Assembly: GCA_965200345.1 (NCBI GenBank)
Contig: OZ241378.1
Coordinates: 659,231 to 723,230 of the forward strand
Source: Candidatus Poribacteria bacterium
GTDB taxonomy: Bacteria; Poribacteria; WGA-4E; WGA-3G
Length of the DNA: 64,000 nucleotides
Direction of reading: 5' to 3'
In this document: positions 49,101 through 57,614 of the stretch, in pieces
How the letters are laid out: each line of letters starts with the position of its first letter
Position numbering within the stretch: position 1 is the first letter of the stretch
Notes under the pieces: model-generated
Told to the model about the DNA's origin: nothing
Seen by the model: only the letters and a program-made list of their open reading frames with translations
The model's database searches: none
Made by a program: the position numbers and the translations under genes

Positions 49101-52100
49101 TCTTGCGTTGAGAACGAAGCGCCTCCTTGTATCCGGTAGCTGCCATCACCTATCTGTCCATCTGCCTTTACCGATTGGATGTTTAAAGCACCTGCATTAA
49201 GAGTCGCATTCGCATGCAAACTTTCCAATGTGATAGGGTCCGCATAAGCCATGAACCGAATCGGCTGCTGGGGTGCCGTTTGCGCGTTTACGGCGATAAC
49301 AATTTCAACGGGGGTGCCTGTAATCTCTATTGAAACCCCTAACGCGCCTCCTGTGAGATCTTCACCCTTAATGCCATTTGCGGAAGCCTTCGCTATTAAG
49401 TCGCTAAACGTCGTGAGTGCTAAATCAGGTGCGTTGACGCTGAGGTTTAGCCGCGATTTGTTAACGTCTTCCGGGTGAACGTTTATCTCGCCGCCTATAT
49501 CTACAGCGTTCCCCAAAAGTTTCAAATCAGTTTTTTCAAGGCGCATTAAGTTGTCTTCGTATACGATCGCACCGCCTGCATCGCTTATACGAGTATCACC
49601 TACTTCTGTCTTTAAATCCAACATCGGGATTGCCCAATCCAACGCGACCTTGGGTTGCTTAGATGTGCCAGTTATTTTCAGGGTATAACGACCGCTCCCG
49701 GTCTGTAGCATGTCAAGCGGAAGTCCTAACGCTGTGCCAAAAGGTCCCAGCGCGAACCCGTCAGATTTCGCGTCAAGATCCATCACCTCGCTTTTGGCAT
49801 CAAAACTCCCCGTCAGTTCAATAAACGGTGATTTATCTTCGGCTGTCCTTAGGGCAAACGCGTCAAAAGTCCATTTGTCGTCTTTGAGGTATAACCGAAT
49901 CGGTTCAGCGTTTGTGAATGGACTCTTTTTCCCGCTTGAATTTCCGTAATGAAGTTGGCTGGTGTCAATTTCGATATTGACATCGTAAGGGTGAACCCGC
50001 TGTTTTTGACCATCAACTTGCGCCTTATCAAAAGTATCTATAGATGCGTTGATGTTCGAGGAAGAATCGCTTTCAGCAAGGAGGTTTTCTTGCTGATGAC
50101 TGATGGAAACCGATGGCTGACGGCTATTTTCCTCATCCGTTGGCGCGAGGGCTGCTACTGTCCCTTTTATTTCGGCGCGTCCATTGGCAGTCCCTGTGAC
50201 CGCCTCAAGGGCGGGGTGCAAGATACGCAGAATCGGTGTAACCTCAAGTGCTTCGCTCTCCATTATGAATTTGTAAGGGTTGTCGGGAGCCATACTGACG
50301 TAGCCCCGAATCTGACCGTTAAACCCGCGCCCCGTGAAATCGAAACGATCCGGTTCACCGGTAGTATTTTTAAGTTCTACGAGTTTGCCGTGTAGCAAAA
50401 CATCACTGAGTGGATGTTTCGTCTCCCGACCATTGTCTAAGAAGGTTATGTCCGAGAAATCCAGTTCGACCTGAAAATCAACATTTTCCGGTTTTTTTAG
50501 CGTTCCGACGACCCGAACATCAAACTGCCCTCCAAAAGGAAAATCGGGGATTTTTGCTGCGCTTGCAAGTTCTTGGAAACTCACAGGTGCATCGCTTTCG
50601 AGCAGCAAATCGTAATCGCCGTTTGAAGTCATCGTTACGTTGAGCGTAACCTTCTGACCACGGGTGGTTATCTCAAAATCTGGAAGTGCGATGTTGTAAT
50701 CCTCAATTCGCAAAGGAAGCGTTAGCGGATCCAGATGGATACCCCATGCCACACCTTCGGTGACACTGAAATCGGCACTGCCATCAAGATTAATCAGCGT
50801 TCCGTATAGTTTGAGTTCGCCAGTAACTTCACCGTCTACTGGGTATTCTGCGCCTAACAATACCCTCGGATAGTGTTGGGCGTAAACGGGATCAGCAACG
50901 ACACTGAATTCGGCTGGAAACTCACCTTCGACATCCACAACGCCGGTAATTGTCGTCCGGCTCTCATACGCCGTCACGCGGTTGTTTATCGTATTTTTGG
51001 TGAGCAGACCATTTTCAATGAATACCTGTCCATCTTGGTAGTCGAGGTTACCTACCAAAGCACCGATCGGGATGTCATTGAAACTCGCATCCGGGATTTT
51101 TATAGCACCTTCCAGTATACCATCCGAGGACAACTTCGCAGTGTATTCTCCCGTCCCGCCGAGATCCGCACTGTTAACAATCTTCATTAGGTTGTCAAAA
51201 TTGATACGCGAAATGTGGATATCCAGAGCATCTTGCGCCGCTAAAGGAAAGGGACCGGTGATGTTAATATCGGTTTCATCAAGGTTTCCACCGGCTTTCA
51301 CTTCACCCGCATCAATCACACAACTCAGTGTTGAATCCACAAGCGCGACTTCGTTGAGGGTGGTCTCTGTTATCTCTATCGTGCTATTGAGTTTGAAAGT
51401 TGAGAAGTCTGTAGTATTTCCGTTGAGTGTGGCGGTTCCTGAGAGGAGTCCTGTGCTGTCTGTGAGGAATTCGGGGAGTTGAACAAACATCGACAGCAGG
51501 GGTATGAGTTTGATATCTGTTGCCTTTCCCTGTCCTGTATAATTAAGCGGGGATGTTGTCAGTTGTCGTAGCTGCGCAATAACATCACCCTCCGGTCGGC
51601 TTTGGAGTCCGATCGTTCCGTTACTGGTCAAGGTGCCGTCAGCGATCTGTGTCCTGAAGGTTTTTAGCGTGAATGTAGGGATTGGGTGTAAATTGAAATC
51701 GGCATCAATTTTTAGGTCTGTCAGTACAATTTGTCTATGGCTTTCCGCTTGTGTCATAGAAAATGTCGGTGTTTCCACAGAGAGTGCAGCAGCGAAGGCT
51801 AAATCGCTGTTTCCGCTTGCCGTTATCCTACCCTTGACAATGCCTTCAAGTTCGGTGGCTTCGCCGAAAAATTGATCTACATCTGCAACATCCAATCGCA
51901 GTAAATCCAGTCCAATATCCCAAGGTGCCCCCGTTTCTCCGTGCGGAAAATGACCTGTAACTTCCAAGCTTGAGTTGCCAAATTCTAATCGGAGGCGATC
52001 CAATTCGCTAAGCGTGGCTAAAATCTGAAAATCCACTTCAAACGTATCAATCGGTGTCTCGGAACCGTTGAACTTAAGACTGCCAGCATCAATTCTTAAA

Positions 52101-52666
52101 TAACCGTTGTGGTTCCATGTGTCGAGGGGCCCCTTTACGTCAATAGAGACACCTGTAATCTCTATATGAATATCGCGTTGCGTATCAATGTAATCAATTA
52201 TACCGTTATTACATTCAATATGTTCAACTGCCAAAGCGAATTTCGGAGGACCTTGTGTTGTAGTTTCCTTAAAAATATGCGCCAAATTAACACTACCATC
52301 GGCGTTGGACTTCGCGCGAATCCGTGGTTTGGTCACACTCAGTTGTGTCACCTCAAATTCGCGAGTTAACAACCCCAGTAGATTATATTTCAGGACAACT
52401 TTTTCTGTAGAGATTACCGGCGTATCTGGTGTATCATGCTTGGAAATTGTAATACCGTTGATAGTAATATTGCCCAAGATGCTGCCTTTTATCTTACCGA
52501 CACTTGCCTTATAATCGTCTGTTAGCCGATATTCAAGTTCGGTCACAAGCCGTTTTTCTGCCCAATTCAGAAAAGCACCTGAACGAATAAAGAAAAAAAC
52601 CCCGCAGAGGGCAAGGATAATGAATATTCCGAGGAAAATAGCGATTTTCTGGATTCTTTTCTGCAT
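46184..52666 (-). CDS. tamB: translocation and assembly module protein TamB (AsmA-like, DUF490 C-terminus), 2160 aa
   Basis: It has an N-terminal TM anchor, a very long beta-rich repetitive body and a C-terminus ending '...GFEIKGRF'. It is coupled to an Omp85 gene. Confidence 0.8.
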   Translation of the reverse strand: MQKRIQKIAIFLGIFIILALCGVFFFIRSGAFLNWAEKRLVTELEYRLTDDYKASVGKIKGSILGNITINGITISKHDTPDTPVISTEKVVLKYNLLGLLTREFEVTQLSVTKPRIRAKSNADGSVNLAHIFKETTTQGPPKFALAVEHIECNNGIIDYIDTQRDIHIEITGVSIDVKGPLDTWNHNGYLRIDAGSLKFNGSETPIDTFEVDFQILATLSELDRLRLEFGNSSLEVTGHFPHGETGAPWDIGLDLLRLDVADVDQFFGEATELEGIVKGRITASGNSDLAFAAALSVETPTFSMTQAESHRQIVLTDLKIDADFNLHPIPTFTLKTFRTQIADGTLTSNGTIGLQSRPEGDVIAQLRQLTTSPLNYTGQGKATDIKLIPLLSMFVQLPEFLTDSTGLLSGTATLNGNTTDFSTFKLNSTIEITETTLNEVALVDSTLSCVIDAGEVKAGGNLDETDINITGPFPLAAQDALDIHISRINFDNLMKIVNSADLGGTGEYTAKLSSDGILEGAIKIPDASFNDIPIGALVGNLDYQDGQVFIENGLLTKNTINNRVTAYESRTTITGVVDVEGEFPAEFSVVADPVYAQHYPRVLLGAEYPVDGEVTGELKLYGTLINLDGSADFSVTEGVAWGIHLDPLTLPLRIEDYNIALPDFEITTRGQKVTLNVTMTSNGDYDLLLESDAPVSFQELASAAKIPDFPFGGQFDVRVVGTLKKPENVDFQVELDFSDITFLDNGRETKHPLSDVLLHGKLVELKNTTGEPDRFDFTGRGFNGQIRGYVSMAPDNPYKFIMESEALEVTPILRILHPALEAVTGTANGRAEIKGTVAALAPTDEENSRQPSVSISHQQENLLAESDSSSNINASIDTFDKAQVDGQKQRVHPYDVNIEIDTSQLHYGNSSGKKSPFTNAEPIRLYLKDDKWTFDAFALRTAEDKSPFIELTGSFDAKSEVMDLDAKSDGFALGPFGTALGLPLDMLQTGSGRYTLKITGTSKQPKVALDWAIPMLDLKTEVGDTRISDAGGAIVYEDNLMRLEKTDLKLLGNAVDIGGEINVHPEDVNKSRLNLSVNAPDLALTTFSDLIAKASANGIKGEDLTGGALGVSIEITGTPVEIVIAVNAQTAPQQPIRFMAYADPITLESLHANATLNAGALNIQSVKADGQIGDGSYRIQGGASFSTQDADAQRFAIDVLVSELGIADLVTLLSRQVPPFRGTVSGHAKLSGKGSLHPHQISITGEVSALNFQGYGINCTNTTPLQFQSERGDLVVRLPLALKSPEMVTTANVNITGTFEAPEITAEWNGDINEMEWNGKVEYRDERITLAGIEIKNRAGRSTITGVIPFNLEFTGIDISDRFPDEPIDVHFRGSELPLEFFPGIDLLFSEADGTVDIDLALQGTSSDPHITGTASLEAVQLQLKNFHEPIRNMKMKLNAREDTIDLTELGFDLGTGYCILQQAQLALDGLTPKDFTLIGLKFKSFPLGATVQHALPPEALEEIEGHLSTTLNELTIPFSSFLTKGENTPFPQIQKVPSLADIVAVSNAKLSINSVRLAFKALDKSYDFQDPRPIQIVLNAGTITLPQAFTLENQYIFQVEQTFTDEDEKPEGVAGDVHTVEDAKTTLSIDAGSQWSVNGEFNTALRLKNFDVSAITASWPAPYRITGALSGSIQMSGTSENPKITLRRHTSEPAELYLHDIPIDLRWRIRYQNGKWEISKKRYVEATFGGDLLTFSWTMPYHLEITPFLMALQRSPETVWHELLQTEMNGILDITVDDLDILRYLVPGLESPTGTGQAYVVLNGTMETPRVEGAVRFDDIGFELSEAGIHVKETTGRIALSEQGATVEQLEGVLNDGVFLMTGSVKTPPDGRVWENPPTMDLQTSISSALLEQPGKYQIQLGSNPTQLHLQGGFEDPSLTGNLNISQGYYEQNWEAVVDWFARTSVSEVDVILDYPILRDLYLNLDIDIPDNFRVLSSITGPTNIEISSSGGKLIGPIQNPIFNGTVSVISGRIGLVPQSFEFIEGSRITNGSTSEFDPELNILLQTPDRIRGVLPRDQSTVDLEVNASLTGTLKNPAFVLSAPNAPEILSHEEIMTFLIRNAAFSRAFWGFTFNFHRPHDEDARSVSAEYQLRKNMSIKIENNEKGEYGVGFEIKGRF

Positions 52667-52740
52667 CTTCGTTTTCCTATCTGGCTATCGGAGACCATCA
52701 GCAGTCAGAAAAGAAGTTATTTATTCCCAGAGAACCCTCT

Positions 52741-53799
52741 TTACTGATGGCTGATCGCTGATCGCTGGCGACTCCAAAAAAATTCGTGTGCCGCCGCGAC
52801 TACCTCAGCAGTCGTTTGCTGGGGGTGAGCGTCCGTTCCGAGCGCACTCGCTTGCGTGTCAAGCCCAATCGTGAGCCAAAGCAAGTACTCAATATTTCCG
52901 ATGTCTTTGTGGATCGGTGAATACGTCAACCCTCTCACCGCAGCCCCGAGTTTCTCCGTGACAAAAACACTGAGATTGTCTATTGTCTGGATATGCACCT
53001 GTTTGTCAGGGACAATTCCGCCCTTTTTCACATGGGCTTTTCCGGCTTCAAACTGCGGCTTAAGCAGGGCAATAATATCATAGGAATGGTTATCAGTTTT
53101 CAGTTCGGGTTTTCTGCGAAAAACCTTTCGGTTTCCAGTTAAGAGGTTATCGTTTTGACAAGGTACCTCTCTTAACTGATGACTGACAACTGACGACTGA
53201 CAACTATTCCCCTGCGTCAGAATCTTGATGACACTCGGTAGCACCGTCCTTAGAGAAATAAAAGAGACATCAATCACAGCGATAGTGATAAAATCATCGC
53301 TATCGTGTAGAGGGTTTTTGCTTGAAGGTGTTTTTGTTTCGGGTATTTCTGCGGATTTCTTCAAGGTAACCTTGCCTCTACTTAAAAGTGTTGGGGTTAA
53401 ATGCCGGATGTTCGTTTTCTCGATCGACTGAACCTGTGGATGCGTCCGAAGTTTCCAAGCGAGCTGCCCGTAACCGACATCAACGGCATAGACGAATTTC
53501 GCGCCGTGTTGGAGGAGACAGTCTGTGAATCCACCCGTTGATGCGCCAACATCAAGCGCGACCCGGTCTTGTACATCCACATCAAAGATAGATAACGCCT
53601 TCTCCAACTTGAACCCGCCGCGACTGACATATCTTTGCGGTGTCTGAACAACAACCTTCGCGTCCGTAGAAACACGCCGCCCGGGCTTAATTCTGGTGTC
53701 TCCGTTAACGGTTACAGCACCTGCAAGGATAAGCCGTTTCGCTTGCTCCCGGCTCTCCGCCAAGCCTTGCTCTACCAAAAAAATATCTATCCGTTGCAT
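52741..53799 (-). CDS. tlyA: TlyA-family rRNA (cytidine-2'-O)-methyltransferase with repeat-derived insertions
   Basis: It has an S4 domain, 'DVGASTGGFTDCLL', 'DVSFISL' and 'LKPQFE'. It is about 90 aa longer than typical TlyA. An ATG lies at 53799. Confidence 0.8.
   Translation of the reverse strand: MQRIDIFLVEQGLAESREQAKRLILAGAVTVNGDTRIKPGRRVSTDAKVVVQTPQRYVSRGGFKLEKALSIFDVDVQDRVALDVGASTGGFTDCLLQHGAKFVYAVDVGYGQLAWKLRTHPQVQSIEKTNIRHLTPTLLSRGKVTLKKSAEIPETKTPSSKNPLHDSDDFITIAVIDVSFISLRTVLPSVIKILTQGNSCQSSVVSHQLREVPCQNDNLLTGNRKVFRRKPELKTDNHSYDIIALLKPQFEAGKAHVKKGGIVPDKQVHIQTIDNLSVFVTEKLGAAVRGLTYSPIHKDIGNIEYLLWLTIGLDTQASALGTDAHPQQTTAEVVAAAHEFFWSRQRSAISHQ
53088..53210. repeat. heptad/hairpin repeat block embedded in-frame in tlyA
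   Basis: The block contains cagttcGGGTTTTCtgcGAAAAACCtttcgg, the hairpin CAGTTAAGAGG...CCTCTCTTAACTG and ctgatgactgacaactgacgactgacaac. The same units occur in intergenic spacers. Confidence 0.8.
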
Positions 53800-53810
53800 T
53801 TTTGTGTCCA

Positions 53811-53852
53811 AGAGTCAGAGTTGTCAGTTATCAGTTTTCAGTTAATTTCTTC
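53811..53852. repeat. heptad repeats (gtcagag ttgtcag ttatcag ttttcag ttaattt)
   Basis: Read directly from the sequence. Confidence 0.8.
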
Positions 53853-53975
53853 AGGACTTACGCAAATTGAATGGGAAACGGTATATTTTGCTGATTTAAC
53901 CCCCTAAATCCCCAACCCCCCATATCCCCCTTATCAGGGGAGTAGGGGGACTTTAAGAGAAAATACGTAAGTCCT
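53853..53975. mobile_element. MITE-like element bounded by a perfect 10-bp inverted repeat (aggacttacg / cgtaagtcct) with a G/C-run palindromic core
   Basis: The inverted repeats lie at 53853..53862 and 53966..53975. The core at 53895..53959 is related to 18204..18243. Confidence 0.55.
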
Positions 53976-54018
53976 ATTCTTGTGACGGTTGCTTTTGTTT
54001 CCCTGCCACAGCATATCT

Positions 54019-54051
54019 CTGACTGACAATTGACAACTGATAACTGGTAAC
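54019..54051. repeat. heptad repeats ctgactg acaattg acaactg ataactg gtaac abutting the dxs stop
   Basis: Read directly from the sequence. Confidence 0.8.
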
Positions 54052-55904
54052 TATTCCAGCATTTTCTCTGCGGCGCGAACAACAGCGTCAGCATCGCACT
54101 GGTATAGCGCGTGAAGGTGCTTGACATCACCGTGCTCAATAAATTCGTCAGGGATACCGAGATTTGTAACTCGCACGTTTGTGATCCCCGCTGCGGCGAG
54201 TGCCTCCAAGACGGCGCTGCCGAAACCGCCCATTATTACACCGTCTTCAATCGTAATTACCTTGCCGATGCGTTCCGCAAGCGGCAGAATTGTTGCAGTA
54301 TCTAACGGTTTTACAAATCTCGCGTTGACAACGGTCACTGAAATTCCGGTATCAGCCAACGTTTGCGCGGCTTCAAGTGCGGGGTAAACTCGGTTACCAA
54401 TAGCGATGACAAGCACATCGTCACCTTCTCTGACGATCTCACTTTCACCGATAGGCAAGACTTGTGGTTCCGCTGCGATCTTTACACCGACCCCTGTGCC
54501 TCGCGGGTAGCGGAAGGCAATCGGACCGTCTTCATAGGCAAGCGCGGTCTTCACCATAGATTGTAACTCGTTCTCATCTTTCGGTGCCATCACGACCATG
54601 TTCGGAATAGAACGCAGATATGCGAAATCGAAAACACCGTGATGTGTCGGGCCGTCCGCGCCGACAAGTCCACTCCTATCGAGTGCGAAGATGACCGGAA
54701 GGTTTTGGATACAGACATCGTGTAAGACCTGATCATAACTCCGCTGGAGGAAAGTGGAATAGATGGCAGCGACAGGACGCATCCCTTGTGCTGCGAGTCC
54801 ACTTGCGAATGTAACGGCGCACTGCTCTGCCAGTCCGATATCAAAACACCGACTCGGAAACGCGTTGGCAAACTTATCAAGTCCCGTCCCACCCGGCATC
54901 GCTGCCGTCACGCCGACGACCCGTGGGTCGCGTTTCGCCAATTCAATCAGCGTTCGGCTGAACACTTCCGTGTAGGAGGGGACCGTCGGTTTCGGTTTAA
55001 GTGTCTTCCCTGTCTTCAGGTTGAAGGGACCGCTGACACTATAGAAGCCGACCGGGTCCTCTTCCGCTGGTGCGTAGCCGCGTCCCTTTTCAGTTACGAC
55101 GTGGAGCAGGATAGGCCCGAATAAACTACGGATACCTGTCAACACCGGGATGAGTGCCTCCAAATCGTTTCCATCAAGCGGGCCGAAGTAACGGAACCCG
55201 AATTCCTCAAATAGCGTCCCCGGTTTCAATGAAGCCTCAATTTTACGGGCAATCTGCTTTGCATCTGCCGGAATTAAATTCAGCATCTCTTTGACACCGG
55301 AGCGGAGGAAGTTATATTGTGGTGAACTCGTGAGTTTGTGAAAGTGTTTTGAGAACGCACCGACCGTCGCGGAGATAGACATGTTGTTATCATTGAGGAT
55401 AACAAGCATATCGTTCCTGAAGTCACCGGCGGCGTTCAACGCTTCAAACGCCATACCGCCCGTTAAACCACCATCCCCGATGATAGCGACGACCTTGTAA
55501 GTCTCATTAATCAGATCTCGCGCAGTGGCGATGCCTAACGCCGCAGCGATAGAGGTGCTCGAATGCCCGGCACCAAAAACATCATATTCACTCTCGGCTC
55601 TGCTGAGAAATCCACTGATGCCATCAGTCTGTCTGAGCGTTGGAAAGGCTTCTCTTCTGCCAGTCAGTAATTTATGTGGATATGCCTGATGTCCGATATC
55701 CCAAATGACTTTATCGCGTGGTGTGTCAAATACCTTATGCAATGCTATCGCTAACTCAATCGTACCGAAATTGGGTGCAAAATGCCCTGGATGCTCGGAT
55801 AAAACTGTTAGTAGATAGGCGCGCATCTCCTCAGCCAGCACTTCAAGTTCGCTAATCTCCAGTTTTTTCAGGTCAGCGGGTCCATTAATTTTTTCTAAGA
55901 ACAT
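54051..55904 (-). CDS. dxs: 1-deoxy-D-xylulose-5-phosphate synthase
   Basis: 'GHQAYPHKLLTGR' and the TPP motif 'IGDGGLTGGMAFEALN' are present. Confidence 0.95.
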   Translation of the reverse strand: MFLEKINGPADLKKLEISELEVLAEEMRAYLLTVLSEHPGHFAPNFGTIELAIALHKVFDTPRDKVIWDIGHQAYPHKLLTGRREAFPTLRQTDGISGFLSRAESEYDVFGAGHSSTSIAAALGIATARDLINETYKVVAIIGDGGLTGGMAFEALNAAGDFRNDMLVILNDNNMSISATVGAFSKHFHKLTSSPQYNFLRSGVKEMLNLIPADAKQIARKIEASLKPGTLFEEFGFRYFGPLDGNDLEALIPVLTGIRSLFGPILLHVVTEKGRGYAPAEEDPVGFYSVSGPFNLKTGKTLKPKPTVPSYTEVFSRTLIELAKRDPRVVGVTAAMPGGTGLDKFANAFPSRCFDIGLAEQCAVTFASGLAAQGMRPVAAIYSTFLQRSYDQVLHDVCIQNLPVIFALDRSGLVGADGPTHHGVFDFAYLRSIPNMVVMAPKDENELQSMVKTALAYEDGPIAFRYPRGTGVGVKIAAEPQVLPIGESEIVREGDDVLVIAIGNRVYPALEAAQTLADTGISVTVVNARFVKPLDTATILPLAERIGKVITIEDGVIMGGFGSAVLEALAAAGITNVRVTNLGIPDEFIEHGDVKHLHALYQCDADAVVRAAEKMLE

Positions 55905-55922
55905 GGTTTTTAATCCTATTGT

Positions 55923-56111
55923 TTATGGGTTATCTGTTTTGAGAACGTTTTCTACCCGCTGCTCAGCGTCTTCGAGCATCTCGCGACACGATGAAACTAA
56001 GCCGACACCTTCCTCAAAGAGTTTGAGAGAATCCTCAAGCGGCAGTTCGTTGCCCGCCTCAAGTTTATCAACGATCTCGGTCAGTTTTGCGAGTTTTTCT
56101 TCAAAGGTCAT
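55923..56111 (-). CDS. xseB: exodeoxyribonuclease VII small subunit
   Basis: 'FEEKLAKLTEIVDKLE....LPLEDSLKLFEEG' matches XseB. The gene lies between xseA and dxs. Confidence 0.9.
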   Translation of the reverse strand: MTFEEKLAKLTEIVDKLEAGNELPLEDSLKLFEEGVGLVSSCREMLEDAEQRVENVLKTDNP

Positions 56112-56174
56112 ATTTTATCTCCATTAGCGGTGAACATGCTTGTAGGAGGGTTTGTAACCCCAATATATAACTTC

Positions 56175-57395
56175 TTACTTTTGATGATCTTCGTCCAGAA
56201 ATTCTTCAACCCGACACGCGAGATGCCCCTCTGATAGTTGGACCTCGATTCTATCGCCAACAGATACATGTTCAGCTGTTGTTAGCACCTCACCATCTGT
56301 TTTTCGGCTGATACTATACCCACGTTTCAGTGTGGCTAACGGACTCAACGCGTCAAGCCGTTGGGCAAGTGTGTGAAGTCTATTTTCGCTATCGGTGAGG
56401 CTACGTTTCGCTGCGTTACGACACGCTGCGTCAAAGGTGTCTACTGTTTGGTAGAGTTGGTAGATAGCATCCTTACGCTGTGTCGGTGCAAGCCGTGTCT
56501 CAAGCTCTTGGATCCGTGTTTTATGGCTATTCAATTGGCTCTGAATTGTTGTGCGCAGCCACGCATCAAAACCGTCTAATTGTGCGAAAAGTTCATCCTG
56601 ATCCGGAACAATATGTTCAATTGCTGCCGACGGGGTCGGTGCCCGGTGGTCTGCCACCATATCCGAGATCGTGTAATCCGTCTCGTGTCCGACTGCCGAC
56701 ACAACCGGAATCGTGGAAGCGAAGATCGCACGCGCAACGCGTTCTTCGTTAAATGACCAGAGATCTTCAATCGAACCGCCACCACGCCCGACGATAAGCA
56801 CATCTATATCGTCTCGCTGATTCATCGCTTGCAGCGCGTCGGCAATCTCTTGTGCAGCACCATCGCCTTGGACGAGGGACGGATGTAGTAACACTTCGGC
56901 TACCGGATACCGTTTGCGAAGCTGCTCACAGATATCTTGGAACGCTGCCCCCGTTGCCGACGTAATCACACCGATCTTCTGCGGGAATTTTGGTAACGTT
57001 TTTTTGTGGATGTCATCGAACAAACCCTCGTCTGCGAGTCGCTGTTTCAACGCTTCAAACGCTCTCTGTAGCGCACCGATCCCGACAGGTTCCACGTTTT
57101 GACCAATAATCTGATATTGTCCTCTGGTAGCATATAGGCCCAGCTGCCCTTGCACAATCACCTCCTCACCATCCTGCGGTAAAAATCGGAGACGAGAAGC
57201 ATTGTTCCGAAAAAGAGCAACCGAGATTTGGCTGTTCGCGTCCTTGAGCGTGAAATAGACATGCCCGGCACCAGAACGACTGTAATTTGACACCTGCCCC
57301 TGCACCCACACATTTTTGAAGGGTGGATGTTGCTCTATCAACCTTTTCAAGAGGTTTGTTATGTCACTGACACTATGGACAGTTTTTGTTGGCAT
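56175..57395 (-). CDS. xseA: exodeoxyribonuclease VII large subunit
   Basis: It has an OB-fold N-terminus 'VSDITNLLKRLIE...VWVQGQVSN' and 'IVGRGGGSIEDLWSFNEE'. The maximal ORF reaches 57443, but its first codons are heptad-repeat sequence. Confidence 0.85.
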   Translation of the reverse strand: MPTKTVHSVSDITNLLKRLIEQHPPFKNVWVQGQVSNYSRSGAGHVYFTLKDANSQISVALFRNNASRLRFLPQDGEEVIVQGQLGLYATRGQYQIIGQNVEPVGIGALQRAFEALKQRLADEGLFDDIHKKTLPKFPQKIGVITSATGAAFQDICEQLRKRYPVAEVLLHPSLVQGDGAAQEIADALQAMNQRDDIDVLIVGRGGGSIEDLWSFNEERVARAIFASTIPVVSAVGHETDYTISDMVADHRAPTPSAAIEHIVPDQDELFAQLDGFDAWLRTTIQSQLNSHKTRIQELETRLAPTQRKDAIYQLYQTVDTFDAACRNAAKRSLTDSENRLHTLAQRLDALSPLATLKRGYSISRKTDGEVLTTAEHVSVGDRIEVQLSEGHLACRVEEFLDEDHQK

Positions 57396-57582
57396 CGAAA
57401 ATTCTAATTGCATATTAGTACTTAGCGATTGGCTATCAGCCATCAGTAAATATTGCCAGCACGGGAAAATCCGCAGAAATACCGGATTTAGTCTGGGAAT
57501 AGACTAAATCCGTTCCTTGTATTACATTGCAAAAACACTTGCTTCTACATTGATAACCAAAAGTAAACCAGCAGCCCTCTTG

Positions 57583-57611
57583 CTGACGGCTGACAGCCGA
57601 CAGCCGTCGGC
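57583..57611. repeat. heptad repeats ctgacgg ctgacag ccgacag ccgtcgg
   Basis: Read directly from the sequence. Confidence 0.8.
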
Positions 57612-57614
57612 TAC

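Noticed and set aside
46184-52666. Numerous 60-150-aa ORFs on both strands inside tamB/tamA, and likewise inside fdhA, the SBP gene, dxs and others.
   Set aside because: They are fully embedded in long, family-supported CDSs and have no start context or recognisable motifs. They are typical shadow ORFs.
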